From Candidatus Falkowbacteria bacterium (lineage in GTDB: Bacteria; Patescibacteriota; Patescibacteriia; Patescibacteriales; GWE2-39-37), in contig JAAXUA010000005.1 of assembly GCA_013336275.1 (NCBI GenBank), positions 13,863 to 77,862 of the forward strand: 64,000 bases of DNA. The letters are read 5' to 3'. Position 1 is the first letter of the stretch. Each line of letters starts with the position of its first letter. Both the position numbers and the translations under genes were made by a program. Shown here piece after piece: positions 47,398-56,487 of this stretch. The notes under the pieces are model-generated. The model was not told the origin of the DNA and did no database searches. It saw only the letters and a list, made by a program, of their open reading frames with translations.

Positions 47398-47680
47398 GAT
47401 AAAAAAATAAAACTCCCCATCCCTTCGTACGACAAAAAATCGTACGAAAGGACGAAGAGTCTTCTTCGCGGTACCACCTTTCTTTCAGAAATAAAAAACT
47501 GCCACGGAATGTGCCAGCAAATGATTCCTGCTCATCGACTCCGCTTGCGCGACATCGATTAGCCCATGGTTACGGGGGCAGCCGGATTTCCACTAGCGCA
47601 GAAATCATCCCCTCCCTTGCGGGAGAAAATCAGACCCAGCCCCTCGGGAAGCCCCAAGGGATCTGATTTATGGATTTTGC
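47398..47680 (-). promoter_or_regulatory. T-box riboswitch (transcriptional), specifier ambiguous (CUU Leu or UUC Phe)
   Basis: Minus strand AAAGG-TGGTACC-GCGAAG...CTTCGT-CCTTT antiterminator, overlapping long terminator with U tract, and Stem IIA/B-like GCCCCCGTAACCATGGGC. Confidence 0.85.
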
Positions 47681-47821
47681 GGTTGTTAATGATGGGATAA
47701 ATATAGCTCAAAATGGCTAAAATGTCAACTATTGACTAATTTTAGCAATCATAGTATATTCTATCTATCCTTAAAATCGAATCAAAACCATCAGTCCCCC
47801 TACGCCACAGGCTGCGGAGGA

Positions 47822-48030
47822 TAAAACCTTGGCCAACACCAGGGGAGGTGCGGGAAGAAAGTCAGCCTGGCTGATCACTAGAACCCGTCGTAAGCTTGCG
47901 TTAAGAGCATAATTAAGTGTTTGTTTGCCTTTGGCGGGTCCGCCCCAGGCGGATAAAAACTAAGGTGGTACCACGAGAATCCTCGTCCTTAGATATGGCA
48001 TTTTGCCGTATTTAGAGACGAGGTTTTTTA
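47822..48030 (+). promoter_or_regulatory. T-box riboswitch with ultrashort Stem I, specifier AAC (Asn), transcriptional terminator
   Basis: CCTTGG-CCAACA-CCAGGG-GAG Stem I; GGAAGAA/CTAGAACC Stem II; TAAGG-TGGTACC-ACGAG..CTCGT-CCTTA antiterminator; CCTCGTC..GACGAGG-T6 terminator. Confidence 0.88.
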
Positions 48031-48043
48031 TTTTTAAAACCCT

Positions 48044-48457
48044 ATGACCGATTACATCGTAATATCCAAATTCAGGAACAAACAGCAGACGGATCTTCTG
48101 GTTGCAGAGTTGGCCAAGCGAGGGAAGACTTGCTATAACCATTGCGACATCCCGGCTGACCCTGATAATCCTCATGATCATCCGGAAAAGCAGATGGAGA
48201 AGTTCGAATCGGTTTCCGATTTCTTCAATGACAAGCACTATCGGTATGTCTTTGAAGAAGATTTGCGAGGGCTCAGGGGCGCAGGTAAAGTCATCGCACT
48301 TTTCCCGGCCGGCAACTCAGTCCACGTCGAAGCGGGAATCGCCTACGGCTTGGGCAAGCCGCTGATCCTGATCGGCGAATTGGAAAAGCCGGAGACGCTT
48401 TACCTGATATTTCAGGAGCGGTACAAGACCATCGAGGATTTTTTAGAAACTATATAA
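48044..48457 (+). CDS. Nucleoside 2-deoxyribosyltransferase-like Rossmannoid protein
   Basis: FEEDLRGLRGA..VIAL.PAGNSVHVEAGIAYGLGKPLI pattern. Confidence 0.7.
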   Translation: MTDYIVISKFRNKQQTDLLVAELAKRGKTCYNHCDIPADPDNPHDHPEKQMEKFESVSDFFNDKHYRYVFEEDLRGLRGAGKVIALFPAGNSVHVEAGIAYGLGKPLILIGELEKPETLYLIFQERYKTIEDFLETI

Positions 48458-48469
48458 TAATTCAAAACT

Positions 48470-50284
48470 ATGTTGCGAACACACACATGCGGCGAATTGA
48501 CGAAGGCGCTGGCCGGGCAAGAGGTCGAGCTCTCCGGCTGGGTCGCTAAGCGCCGCGACCACGGCGGCATCATCTTTATCGATCTGCGCGACCGTTACGG
48601 CATCACTCAGCTGACCTTCGATGAGAAGTTCGGCGCCGAGGCTTACCAGGCGGCTGACCGCCTGCGCAGCGAATGGGTCATCCACATCAAGGGCAAAGTG
48701 GCTGCCCGTCCTGATGAGATGGTCAACGACAAGCTTCCGACCGGCACGATCGAAGTCGAAGTCTCGACGCTCGAAGTCCTGTCCGAATCCAAGCCTCTGC
48801 CATTCGAGCTCGACGACGAGAAGGCGAAAGACGTCAAGGAATCGATGCGCCTGAAATATCGTTTCCTCGATCTGCGCCGCCCGAAGCTGCAGGAGGTCCT
48901 GATGAAGCGCAACGAGGTTATCCGCCACGTGCGCGATTATTTCAAACAGCTCAACTTCGTCGAGGTGCAGACACCGATCCTGGCTAACTCCTCGCCCGAA
49001 GGCGCACGCGACTATCTGGTCCCGTCACGCCTCTATCCGGGCAAATTCTACGCTTTGCCCCAGGCGCCGCAGCAATTCAAGCAGCTCTTGATGGTCGGCG
49101 GTTTCGACCGCTACTTCCAGATCGCTCCTTGCTTCCGCGATGAGGATCCGCGCAATGACCGCCACCCTGGCGACTTCTACCAGATCGATTTGGAGATGAG
49201 CTTCGTCGAGCAGGAGGATATCTGGAACACCGTCGAGCCGCTGATGATCGAGCTGACTGAGAAGTTCGGCAACAAGGAAGTCATCCAGAAACCGTTTCCG
49301 CGCTATACCTGGCACGAAGTCATGACCAAATACGGCATCGACAAGCCTGATTTGCGCTTCGACTTCGAGATCAAGCCGGTTAGCCGGCTGGTAGCTGGCT
49401 GCGGTTTCTCGGTCTTTGCCGATGCCGTCGCGACCGGCGGCGTAGTGCATGCCTTGAAGATCGACGGCGGCGCCAAGTTCTCCCGCAAGGAGATCGATGA
49501 GATGACCGAAATCGCTAGAAGCAAAGGCGCCAAAGGCCTGGCCTACATTTCCTGGAAAGAAGACGAGGGCCTGGTCTCGCCGATCATCAAATTCTTGGGT
49601 GACGAGCTAACCAAACAGGTTATGGATGAGGTCGGGGCCAAACAGGGCGATATCGTCTTCTTCGGCGCTGATACTTGGAAGACCGTCTGCGCCGCCCTCG
49701 GCGCGGTCCGCAACGATTGCGGCAGCCGCCTGGGCCTCAAGGATAATACCAAGGCCGCCTGGTGCTGGGTCAAGGATTTCCCGATGTATGATTACTCTGA
49801 TATAGAGGACGGCCGCGTCGATTTCGGCCATAACCCGTTCTCGATGCCTCAGGGCGGCATGCAGGCCCTGCTCGAACAGAACCCGTTGGAAATCCTGGCC
49901 TATCAATATGACCTAGTCTGCAACGGCTATGAGATCTCTTCCGGTGCGATCCGCAACCATCGTCCAGACATCATGTACAAAGCCTTCGAGTTGGCCGGCT
50001 ACACCAAGGATGACGTGGACAAGCGCTTCGGCGGCATGATCCGCGCCTTCGAATACGGTGCACCGCCTCACGGCGGCATCGCTCCGGGCATCGACCGCCT
50101 GATGATGGTGCTGTTCGACCTCGATTCAATCCGCGATATCTACGCCTTTCCGAAGGACGGCCAGGCCCGCGATGCCATGATGGACTCGCCGAGCGAGGTG
50201 ACTGAGAGACAGCTCAAGGAACTGCATATCAAATTGAACATCCCGCCGAAATTGGCTGACAAGATATACGACAAAGGCGAATAG
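48470..50284 (+). CDS. aspS: Aspartate--tRNA(Asp/Asn) ligase, probably non-discriminating
   Basis: RTHTCGEL, RRDHGG (His typical of ND enzymes), PEGARDYLVPSR, ALPQAPQQFKQLLM, GAPPHGGIAPGIDR. Confidence 0.97.
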   Translation: MLRTHTCGELTKALAGQEVELSGWVAKRRDHGGIIFIDLRDRYGITQLTFDEKFGAEAYQAADRLRSEWVIHIKGKVAARPDEMVNDKLPTGTIEVEVSTLEVLSESKPLPFELDDEKAKDVKESMRLKYRFLDLRRPKLQEVLMKRNEVIRHVRDYFKQLNFVEVQTPILANSSPEGARDYLVPSRLYPGKFYALPQAPQQFKQLLMVGGFDRYFQIAPCFRDEDPRNDRHPGDFYQIDLEMSFVEQEDIWNTVEPLMIELTEKFGNKEVIQKPFPRYTWHEVMTKYGIDKPDLRFDFEIKPVSRLVAGCGFSVFADAVATGGVVHALKIDGGAKFSRKEIDEMTEIARSKGAKGLAYISWKEDEGLVSPIIKFLGDELTKQVMDEVGAKQGDIVFFGADTWKTVCAALGAVRNDCGSRLGLKDNTKAAWCWVKDFPMYDYSDIEDGRVDFGHNPFSMPQGGMQALLEQNPLEILAYQYDLVCNGYEISSGAIRNHRPDIMYKAFELAGYTKDDVDKRFGGMIRAFEYGAPPHGGIAPGIDRLMMVLFDLDSIRDIYAFPKDGQARDAMMDSPSEVTERQLKELHIKLNIPPKLADKIYDKGE

Positions 50285-50314
50285 CTCGCAAAAACAAAAA
50301 GGGACTGCTGGGGT

Positions 50315-50551
50315 TTAATCCAGCAGTCTTTTTTGTTCAAGCTCGAGATCGAGCTTGAGGAGTTGTCGTTTTTGCTCTGGGGTGAGCTTGATTCTTTTGT
50401 AGACTGATAACTCAATCTCAAGTTCTTTTCGGGAATCAAGCCGATCCTGGAGCGGGTTTTCTTTGGGGGGAAGGAGAATGTGAGAGGTGGCGGTGGCCGA
50501 GGGGAAGGTCGAAATAAATGCGACGAAGACGGCGGTGATCAGGATTTTCAT
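50315..50551 (-). CDS. Small secreted hypothetical protein
   Basis: Signal-peptide-like N-terminus; AAAGGA RBS. Confidence 0.6.
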   Translation of the reverse strand: MKILITAVFVAFISTFPSATATSHILLPPKENPLQDRLDSRKELEIELSVYKRIKLTPEQKRQLLKLDLELEQKRLLD

Positions 50552-50761
50552 AATCCTTTTCTCCTTTCTTGGTAAGGTTCATTTAAACAATCAAATATAC
50601 CATAGATTGGTATATTTGTCAATAGTAATGTCTGTTCGCCTCCCGTTTTATTCATAAAATCTTAATGAATTGTTGCAAAAGTTAGCCAAAGTGGTATGTT
50701 ATTAATATAGGTTAACAAATAAGCCGAATCCGGCCACACATGGCCGAACGGCAACAAATTT

Positions 50762-51718
50762 ATGGAACAGCCAATCATGGCTCGCGAAGCCAACAATGCG
50801 GCTAAATTCGCCTTCCTGTATCTCTTGTCTCTGGTCTCGCTGGTGTTCGTCAGTACCTCTGTCGGCATGGTAATCTTCCAGATAATCAACAAGTTCATCA
50901 CCGACCCGATACATACCGAAGCCTTCGAGCAGGGGGCGCTGAAATACGCCGTAGCTGCCTTGATCATCGCTAGCCCGATCTATTTCCTGACTGTCCGCCA
51001 CATCAACCAGAGCCTGGTCTCAGGCAAATTGGAAATGCAAGCGGCTATCAGGCGCTGGCTGACCTACCTCATCCTCCTGATCGTTTCAGTGGTCATGATC
51101 GGCTGGCTGATCGGCACCTTGACCAGTTACATGAACGGCGATCTGACAGCGAAGTTCGGTCTCAAGGCCTTGGCATCGTTGCTGATTGCCGGAGTAATCG
51201 GCGGATACTATTGGTATGATATTCGAAGAGAGAAAGTAGAGTCAGATGATAAGACGGCGATGTGGTACGGCTATTCGAGTAGCGCCCTAGTGGTCGTCGC
51301 ATTGGTATTAGCCATTATTTATGCCGGTTCGCCCGGTGAAGCCCGTGACCGGCGTACCGATGAGCTGCTTCTGGGCCGCTTTGACGTCATTGATAGCGCC
51401 ATCAACTCGTATTATATGGAAAACGGCAAGATGCCGTCGGATCTGGATACGCTAGTCAAAGAGAAGCGGATTACTGACGAAAAACAGCTCACCGACCCGG
51501 TCAGCGGCGAGAAGATAGTCTATAAGCCGGGCAAAGACAAGCTGTATGAGCTCTGCGCCACCTTCAGGCGTGGGAATAAGGAAGAAGATCTGAATCGGTA
51601 TTATTCCTCCCGTTGGCCGCATGACGCTGGAAATCAGTGCCTTACTCAGCGCCTCTCGGCCCTGCCTGATGGCAAGACAATAGTTCCGGCTGAGCCGAAA
51701 CCGGCCCCGGTGAGATAG
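50762..51718 (+). CDS. Membrane protein (DUF5671-like N-terminus, pilin/T2SS-G-like C-terminal domain)
   Basis: FLYLLSLVSL, IRRWLTYLIL, RD...D, YY.ENGKMP..L, DPVSG...Y...YELCATF. Confidence 0.7.
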   Translation: MEQPIMAREANNAAKFAFLYLLSLVSLVFVSTSVGMVIFQIINKFITDPIHTEAFEQGALKYAVAALIIASPIYFLTVRHINQSLVSGKLEMQAAIRRWLTYLILLIVSVVMIGWLIGTLTSYMNGDLTAKFGLKALASLLIAGVIGGYYWYDIRREKVESDDKTAMWYGYSSSALVVVALVLAIIYAGSPGEARDRRTDELLLGRFDVIDSAINSYYMENGKMPSDLDTLVKEKRITDEKQLTDPVSGEKIVYKPGKDKLYELCATFRRGNKEEDLNRYYSSRWPHDAGNQCLTQRLSALPDGKTIVPAEPKPAPVR

Positions 51719-51904
51719 TTGACAAATCGCGAAAAAGCCATTAAAATAAGCAAAAATCCAAGGTAAATCGCTTGGGTTTTTGTTTTTGGTCGAGGAACAT
51801 AAATTCCCGACCATACAAAAAGCCTTTGGCTTTTATATGTCCTTTTTATCATAAACGCAATCAAGAAGCTGATAAAAATCCACCGCATCGACAAGGAGAC
51901 CGGA

Positions 51905-52741
51905 ATGAAGAAGGAAGGGGACCCGAGGAAGACCAAGGTAGAGTTGTTTCCAGAACCGAAGGATCGGATCATTTTCGCTTTGAACACTTCAGATTTCGTC
52001 CGCGCGCAGTGCCTGGTATCGCTCCTCTCGAGCCATGTCGGGTATTTCAAGTTCGGACCGGAATTGGCTAGCGCGATGCTGGCCAGCCTGCTGTGCTCGT
52101 CGGACAGTGCCGCCGCCGACAATATGCGGAAGGTACGCGCAATATTCAACGAAGCCAAGGACCGGATATTCTGGGATGGCCGGCTGGCAGGCATTGCCAG
52201 CACGATCGGCTCGACGACCAAGACCCTGTCCGACATGGGAGTCTGCATGCTCAGCGTGCAGGCCAAACAAGGGATGAGGTCAATTTCGGCCGCCAGCGAG
52301 AACAAAGGCAAGAGCCTGTTGTTCGCTGCTACGCCACGTTCGTCGGTCGACCATGAGGAATGCCGAGCGAATTGCCTGGTCACCAGCAAGCAAGAGGTCC
52401 GGCTGATCGAGATGATCAGAGACAAGGGTGTCGACGGCATCATTTGCTCGTCTCACGAGACCGCTGCCATCCGAGCCTGCTTGCCGGAAGCATGCGTCGC
52501 GACCCGCGACGTGCGTCCGCTCTGGGTGCCGGTCAGTAACCGCAGCAAGGTCATTACCCCGCACCAAGCCATCATGGCTGGCGCCGACGCCGTAATCATC
52601 GGCAAGCCGATCAGCCAACCGCCGGTTTCAGTCGGCGACCCGACTAGGGCCGCGGACCGGATCATCGAAGAAATCAAACAAGCGTTGCTTGAGCGTCAAA
52701 AACTTTTGGAATTGAACGGAGGTGAAACGGAGGCAGCTTGA
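51905..52741 (+). CDS. OMP-decarboxylase-like paralogue lacking catalytic residues
   Basis: Collinear with the adjacent PyrF, but DLKYHD is replaced by DGRLAG. Confidence 0.75.
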   Translation: MKKEGDPRKTKVELFPEPKDRIIFALNTSDFVRAQCLVSLLSSHVGYFKFGPELASAMLASLLCSSDSAAADNMRKVRAIFNEAKDRIFWDGRLAGIASTIGSTTKTLSDMGVCMLSVQAKQGMRSISAASENKGKSLLFAATPRSSVDHEECRANCLVTSKQEVRLIEMIRDKGVDGIICSSHETAAIRACLPEACVATRDVRPLWVPVSNRSKVITPHQAIMAGADAVIIGKPISQPPVSVGDPTRAADRIIEEIKQALLERQKLLELNGGETEAA

Positions 52742-52793
52742 TTAATCACGCAGCAGATTGGAGATGGAAATAACGCCAAAAGGGGGCAACTGT

Positions 52794-53537
52794 ATGAACC
52801 AGACGGAACTGTTGGACGAAGCGAGAAAGAAGATTATCGTAGCAATGGACGTACCGGACATTTTTGCGGCACATCGGGTCGCAAGACCGCTAGCTCCGCA
52901 TGTCGGCATGTTCAAGATCGGCAAGCAACTCTTCACCGCTTGCGGACCGGAAGTTATCAAGCTGATCAAAGGTATGGGCGGGGAAGTCTTCCTCGATCTC
53001 AAGTACCACGACATCCCCAACACTGTCGCCATGGCAGGGCTCGAAGCAGCCAGGCTCGGCGTCAAGATGTTCAACCTGCACGCCCTGGGCGGTCCGGAGA
53101 TGATGGAAACGACCATGAAGGCTCTGCGCGCCGAGTATCCCGACCCGGAGAATCGTCCCAAAGTCCTGGCCGTCACCATCCTCACCTCTTCTAATCAGGA
53201 AACGCTCAAAGCTGTCGGCATCGACCTCCCGGTAAAAGAGATGGTCGTCAAGCTGGCCAAGCTGGCCCAGGCCTGCGGCGTCGATGGCGTCGTCTGTTCG
53301 CCTCAGGAAATCGAGCTGATCCGCGAAGCCTGCGGTCCTGATTTCCTGATCGTCACGCCGGGCATCCGTCCGGCCGACGCTAAAGCCGACGACCAGAAGC
53401 GCATCGCCACCCCGGGAGCAGCCGTAGCAGCCGGATCCAACTATTTGGTCATCGGCCGCCCGATCATCGAGCAGCCCGACCCCGTAGCCGCCGCACAGGC
53501 CATAACGGAAGAGATCGTCCAGGTATTGCAGCAGTAA
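52794..53537 (+). CDS. pyrF: Orotidine-5'-phosphate decarboxylase
   Basis: FLDLKYHDIPNTV, VTILTS, VTPGIRP, DDQKR, VIGRPI. Confidence 0.97.
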   Translation: MNQTELLDEARKKIIVAMDVPDIFAAHRVARPLAPHVGMFKIGKQLFTACGPEVIKLIKGMGGEVFLDLKYHDIPNTVAMAGLEAARLGVKMFNLHALGGPEMMETTMKALRAEYPDPENRPKVLAVTILTSSNQETLKAVGIDLPVKEMVVKLAKLAQACGVDGVVCSPQEIELIREACGPDFLIVTPGIRPADAKADDQKRIATPGAAVAAGSNYLVIGRPIIEQPDPVAAAQAITEEIVQVLQQ

Positions 53538-53605
53538 TCAGTATTTACGAAACATTTCAGGTAAAAGGCAAACCATCAACCACGCAGCAGAAAAAGGAGG
53601 TACGC

Positions 53606-54397
53606 ATGAGCGCAAGCGGATCAGCAGGGGGTAAGGGGCAAGTGCAATTGCTGAAAAGAAAGATCCGTCCTGAGATAGTTGAAGGACTGGACAACACGCT
53701 TAAGCGTTGTGGCGGTTTCTATGAGACGCCGAAAGACGCGGAAGGCAAGCGGCTCGGACCGTTGGTCGGCTACGCCGGCAAGTATGATGTCGGCGACGGA
53801 TCGCAAGCGCATTATGTCGGCGAAATATTCTTCAACTGCGCCAAGCTCGAGCAGTGGCCGTTCATTCTGGACGAATACGCCGAAAAGCTGCGCCGTCTCC
53901 AACTCACCGGAGTTAACGGCTATCATAGCTTTCCCATATTTCTTGGCATGCCTATGGGCGGCATCACCTTTGCACAGGCTCTGGCCCGCGCCGACTCGTA
54001 CGCCCGAGCCATCTACGCCGAGAAGAAGGTGATTGAAGCGGAGACCGCGACCCAGCGCGAGCAAAGCATCCTGGTCTTCGACAGACACACGCCTGAGCCG
54101 GGCGACCATGTCATCATTACCGAAGACGTGGTCAACAACTTTTCGACCACCAGCAAGGCGATCAAGCTCATCCTCGATGCACAGGCAGTCCCGATTGCCA
54201 TCGCTTGCATCAAGAACCGGTCTGAATTGACGGAGTATGAGTATGAGGGAATCAGACTGCCAGTTCTGTCGTTTGACCATTCGCCGGCCAAGCAGTATCG
54301 TCAGGACGACCCTTACGTCGCGGCCGACATCGCTGCGGGAAACATCGTCTGGAAACCCAAGAACAGCTGGGAAAAAATCGAACCTTTTATACAGTAA
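53606..54397 (+). CDS. Orotate phosphoribosyltransferase-like PRTase
   Basis: GMPMGG, YAEK, IITEDVVNNFSTT PRPP loop; adjacent to pyrF. Confidence 0.75.
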   Translation: MSASGSAGGKGQVQLLKRKIRPEIVEGLDNTLKRCGGFYETPKDAEGKRLGPLVGYAGKYDVGDGSQAHYVGEIFFNCAKLEQWPFILDEYAEKLRRLQLTGVNGYHSFPIFLGMPMGGITFAQALARADSYARAIYAEKKVIEAETATQREQSILVFDRHTPEPGDHVIITEDVVNNFSTTSKAIKLILDAQAVPIAIACIKNRSELTEYEYEGIRLPVLSFDHSPAKQYRQDDPYVAADIAAGNIVWKPKNSWEKIEPFIQ

Positions 54398-54531
54398 TCA
54401 TACCGATGATACTGTCCGGGGGATGCGCGCGCATCCCCCTTTTTTATTTTGCCAGAAGCCGGAAAGTCAGTTATAATAAGGTCAATTAGGCTTTATTTAT
54501 TAAAAATCGACCATTGTTCGGTTATAAATGT

Positions 54532-55185
54532 ATGGTTAAAAAACCAGTAGCTAAGAAAAATAGCGAAAAAAAGCCAAAAAAAGTCAAGAAAGCCCTGCCG
54601 ATTTCCCCCAAGATCATCGCCTATCTGGAAAAGGCCGGCGTGCCCCATGAGGTAATCGCGCACAAGACCGTTTATACGGCTTTTGACGCGGCCCAGACCC
54701 TTAGGCGCAAGCTTTCGGAGATTGCCAAGTCGCTTCTGGTCAAGGCGGACCAGGATTATTTCGTCGTCATCTTGCCGGCTGATCACAACCTGGATATCAA
54801 GAAGCTCCAGGCCGCGATCGGCAAGCAGACCAAAAAGGTTATCAAGGTCATTAAGATTCCGGGTGAAGATATCGTAGAACAGATTACCAAGACCAAGAAC
54901 CAGGCCCTGACCGCCTTCGGCGGCTTGCACAATCTGCCAGTCATTATCGATGAGAATTTGGCCAAGGCCAAGAAGGCGATCTTTTCGGCCGGCAATTCCA
55001 ACCATTCGATCGAAGCGGCAGTCAAGGATTTCATCAAGGCCGAGCAGGCGGCTGTCGCCAAGTTCGGCGTGAAGCGCGTCATCAAAAAGGTAAAGAAGGC
55101 CGTTGCTAAGCCGAAAGCTAAGCCGGCGGTGAAGAAGGTCGCGGCCAAGAAGGCTGTCGCGAAGAAGCCGGCTAAGAAAAAATAA
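54532..55185 (+). CDS. YbaK/ProX-family aminoacyl-tRNA deacylase-like protein with Lys/Ala-rich tails
   Basis: HKTVYTA.DAA, IAKSLLVK, VILPAD, AFG, SAG..NHSI; C-terminal KKVAAKK repeats. Confidence 0.8.
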   Translation: MVKKPVAKKNSEKKPKKVKKALPISPKIIAYLEKAGVPHEVIAHKTVYTAFDAAQTLRRKLSEIAKSLLVKADQDYFVVILPADHNLDIKKLQAAIGKQTKKVIKVIKIPGEDIVEQITKTKNQALTAFGGLHNLPVIIDENLAKAKKAIFSAGNSNHSIEAAVKDFIKAEQAAVAKFGVKRVIKKVKKAVAKPKAKPAVKKVAAKKAVAKKPAKKK

Positions 55186-55203
55186 ACCGATCGCACATAG
55201 CCA

Positions 55204-55908
55204 ATGATCATAAAGCTTGAAAAATTCGAGGGCCCGTTGTCTCTCCTCTATCAATTGATCGAGAAGGAAGAGCTAGACATCACCCAGGTCAGCCTGGCCA
55301 AGGTGGCGGACCAGTACATGTTCTACATCAAGGCGATGTCCGAGGCCAATCCCGAGGAGATGGCTGATTTTTTGGTGGTCGCGGCGCGGCTACTCTTGAT
55401 CAAGTCCAAAGCGTTGCTGCCTTATCTATATCCGGAAGAGGAAGAGGAAATCGCCGAGCTCGAACATCAGCTCAAGATGTACCAGGAGTTCTTGGAGGCG
55501 ACCAAGGTGATTTCTGCCATGATCGGCAAAAAGCATTTCATGTTCGCTCGCCCATTCAACCGTAAGGCCGCCCTGTACGTCGATAACCAATTCTCGCCGC
55601 CGAAAAATCTGGTCAAAAGCCTGATCGCTACCGTCTTTGAGGAGTTGCTGACGCGCATCAAGCCGGCAGAAACGGCGCTTGAAGAGAAAATTTTGGAACG
55701 AAAAATCAATATCGAAGAGAAGATACTCCTAATTGAGCAGCGTTTGCTTGAGCGCATGAAGGTCGGGTTCAACCAACTGATCGCGGAGGCCGAGAACAAG
55801 ACCGAAATCATCGTCTCTTTCCTGGCTATGCTCGAGCTGGTGCGCATGCGGCAGATCGACGTCAATCAGGACGAGATGTTCGGCGATATCGAAATCAGCA
55901 AGTTATAA
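55204..55908 (+). CDS. scpA: Segregation and condensation protein A
   Basis: FEGPLSLLYQLI, IKSKALLP, FLAMLEL. Confidence 0.95.
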   Translation: MIIKLEKFEGPLSLLYQLIEKEELDITQVSLAKVADQYMFYIKAMSEANPEEMADFLVVAARLLLIKSKALLPYLYPEEEEEIAELEHQLKMYQEFLEATKVISAMIGKKHFMFARPFNRKAALYVDNQFSPPKNLVKSLIATVFEELLTRIKPAETALEEKILERKINIEEKILLIEQRLLERMKVGFNQLIAEAENKTEIIVSFLAMLELVRMRQIDVNQDEMFGDIEISKL

Positions 55909-55920
55909 TTAAATTAGCAT

Positions 55921-56472
55921 ATGGATAACCTTAAGTCGCAAATAGAATCGCTGTTATTCATCTCCGCCAAGGCGATGACACTGAAGACGATTGCGGATCT
56001 GACCGGCACCCAGCCGAAAGAGGTGGAAAAAGCCGGCGAAGAGATGATCGAGCAGTACAAGCAGTCGGGCAGCGGCATGCAGATCATTCGCAATGGCAAC
56101 AGCTTGCAGATGGTCAGTGCGCCGGAGAATGCCAAACTGATCCAGGATTTCATCAAGGACGAGACGACCGGCGAGCTGTCGCGGCCGAGCTTGGAGACTT
56201 TGACGATCATCGCCTATCGCGGTCCGATATCCAAGCTGGACATCGACCGCATCCGCGGCATCAACTGCAGCCTGATCCTGCGCAATCTTCTCCTGCGCGG
56301 CCTGATCGAGAGCAAGCACGACAAGACCAAGGACGACGCCTATTTCTCGGTCACTTTCGATTTTATCCGCTTTTTGGGCCTGAATGACGTGAAAGAATTG
56401 CCTGATTACGAGCGTTTGCATAAGGATGATACGATTGATCGCATGTTGGAGCAGCCGGAGGTCGCAGTATAA
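55921..56472 (+). CDS. scpB: Segregation and condensation protein B
   Basis: IESLLFIS, LSRPSLETLTIIAY, IRGIN. Confidence 0.95.
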   Translation: MDNLKSQIESLLFISAKAMTLKTIADLTGTQPKEVEKAGEEMIEQYKQSGSGMQIIRNGNSLQMVSAPENAKLIQDFIKDETTGELSRPSLETLTIIAYRGPISKLDIDRIRGINCSLILRNLLLRGLIESKHDKTKDDAYFSVTFDFIRFLGLNDVKELPDYERLHKDDTIDRMLEQPEVAV

Positions 56473-56487
56473 ACAAGACGTTCAATT

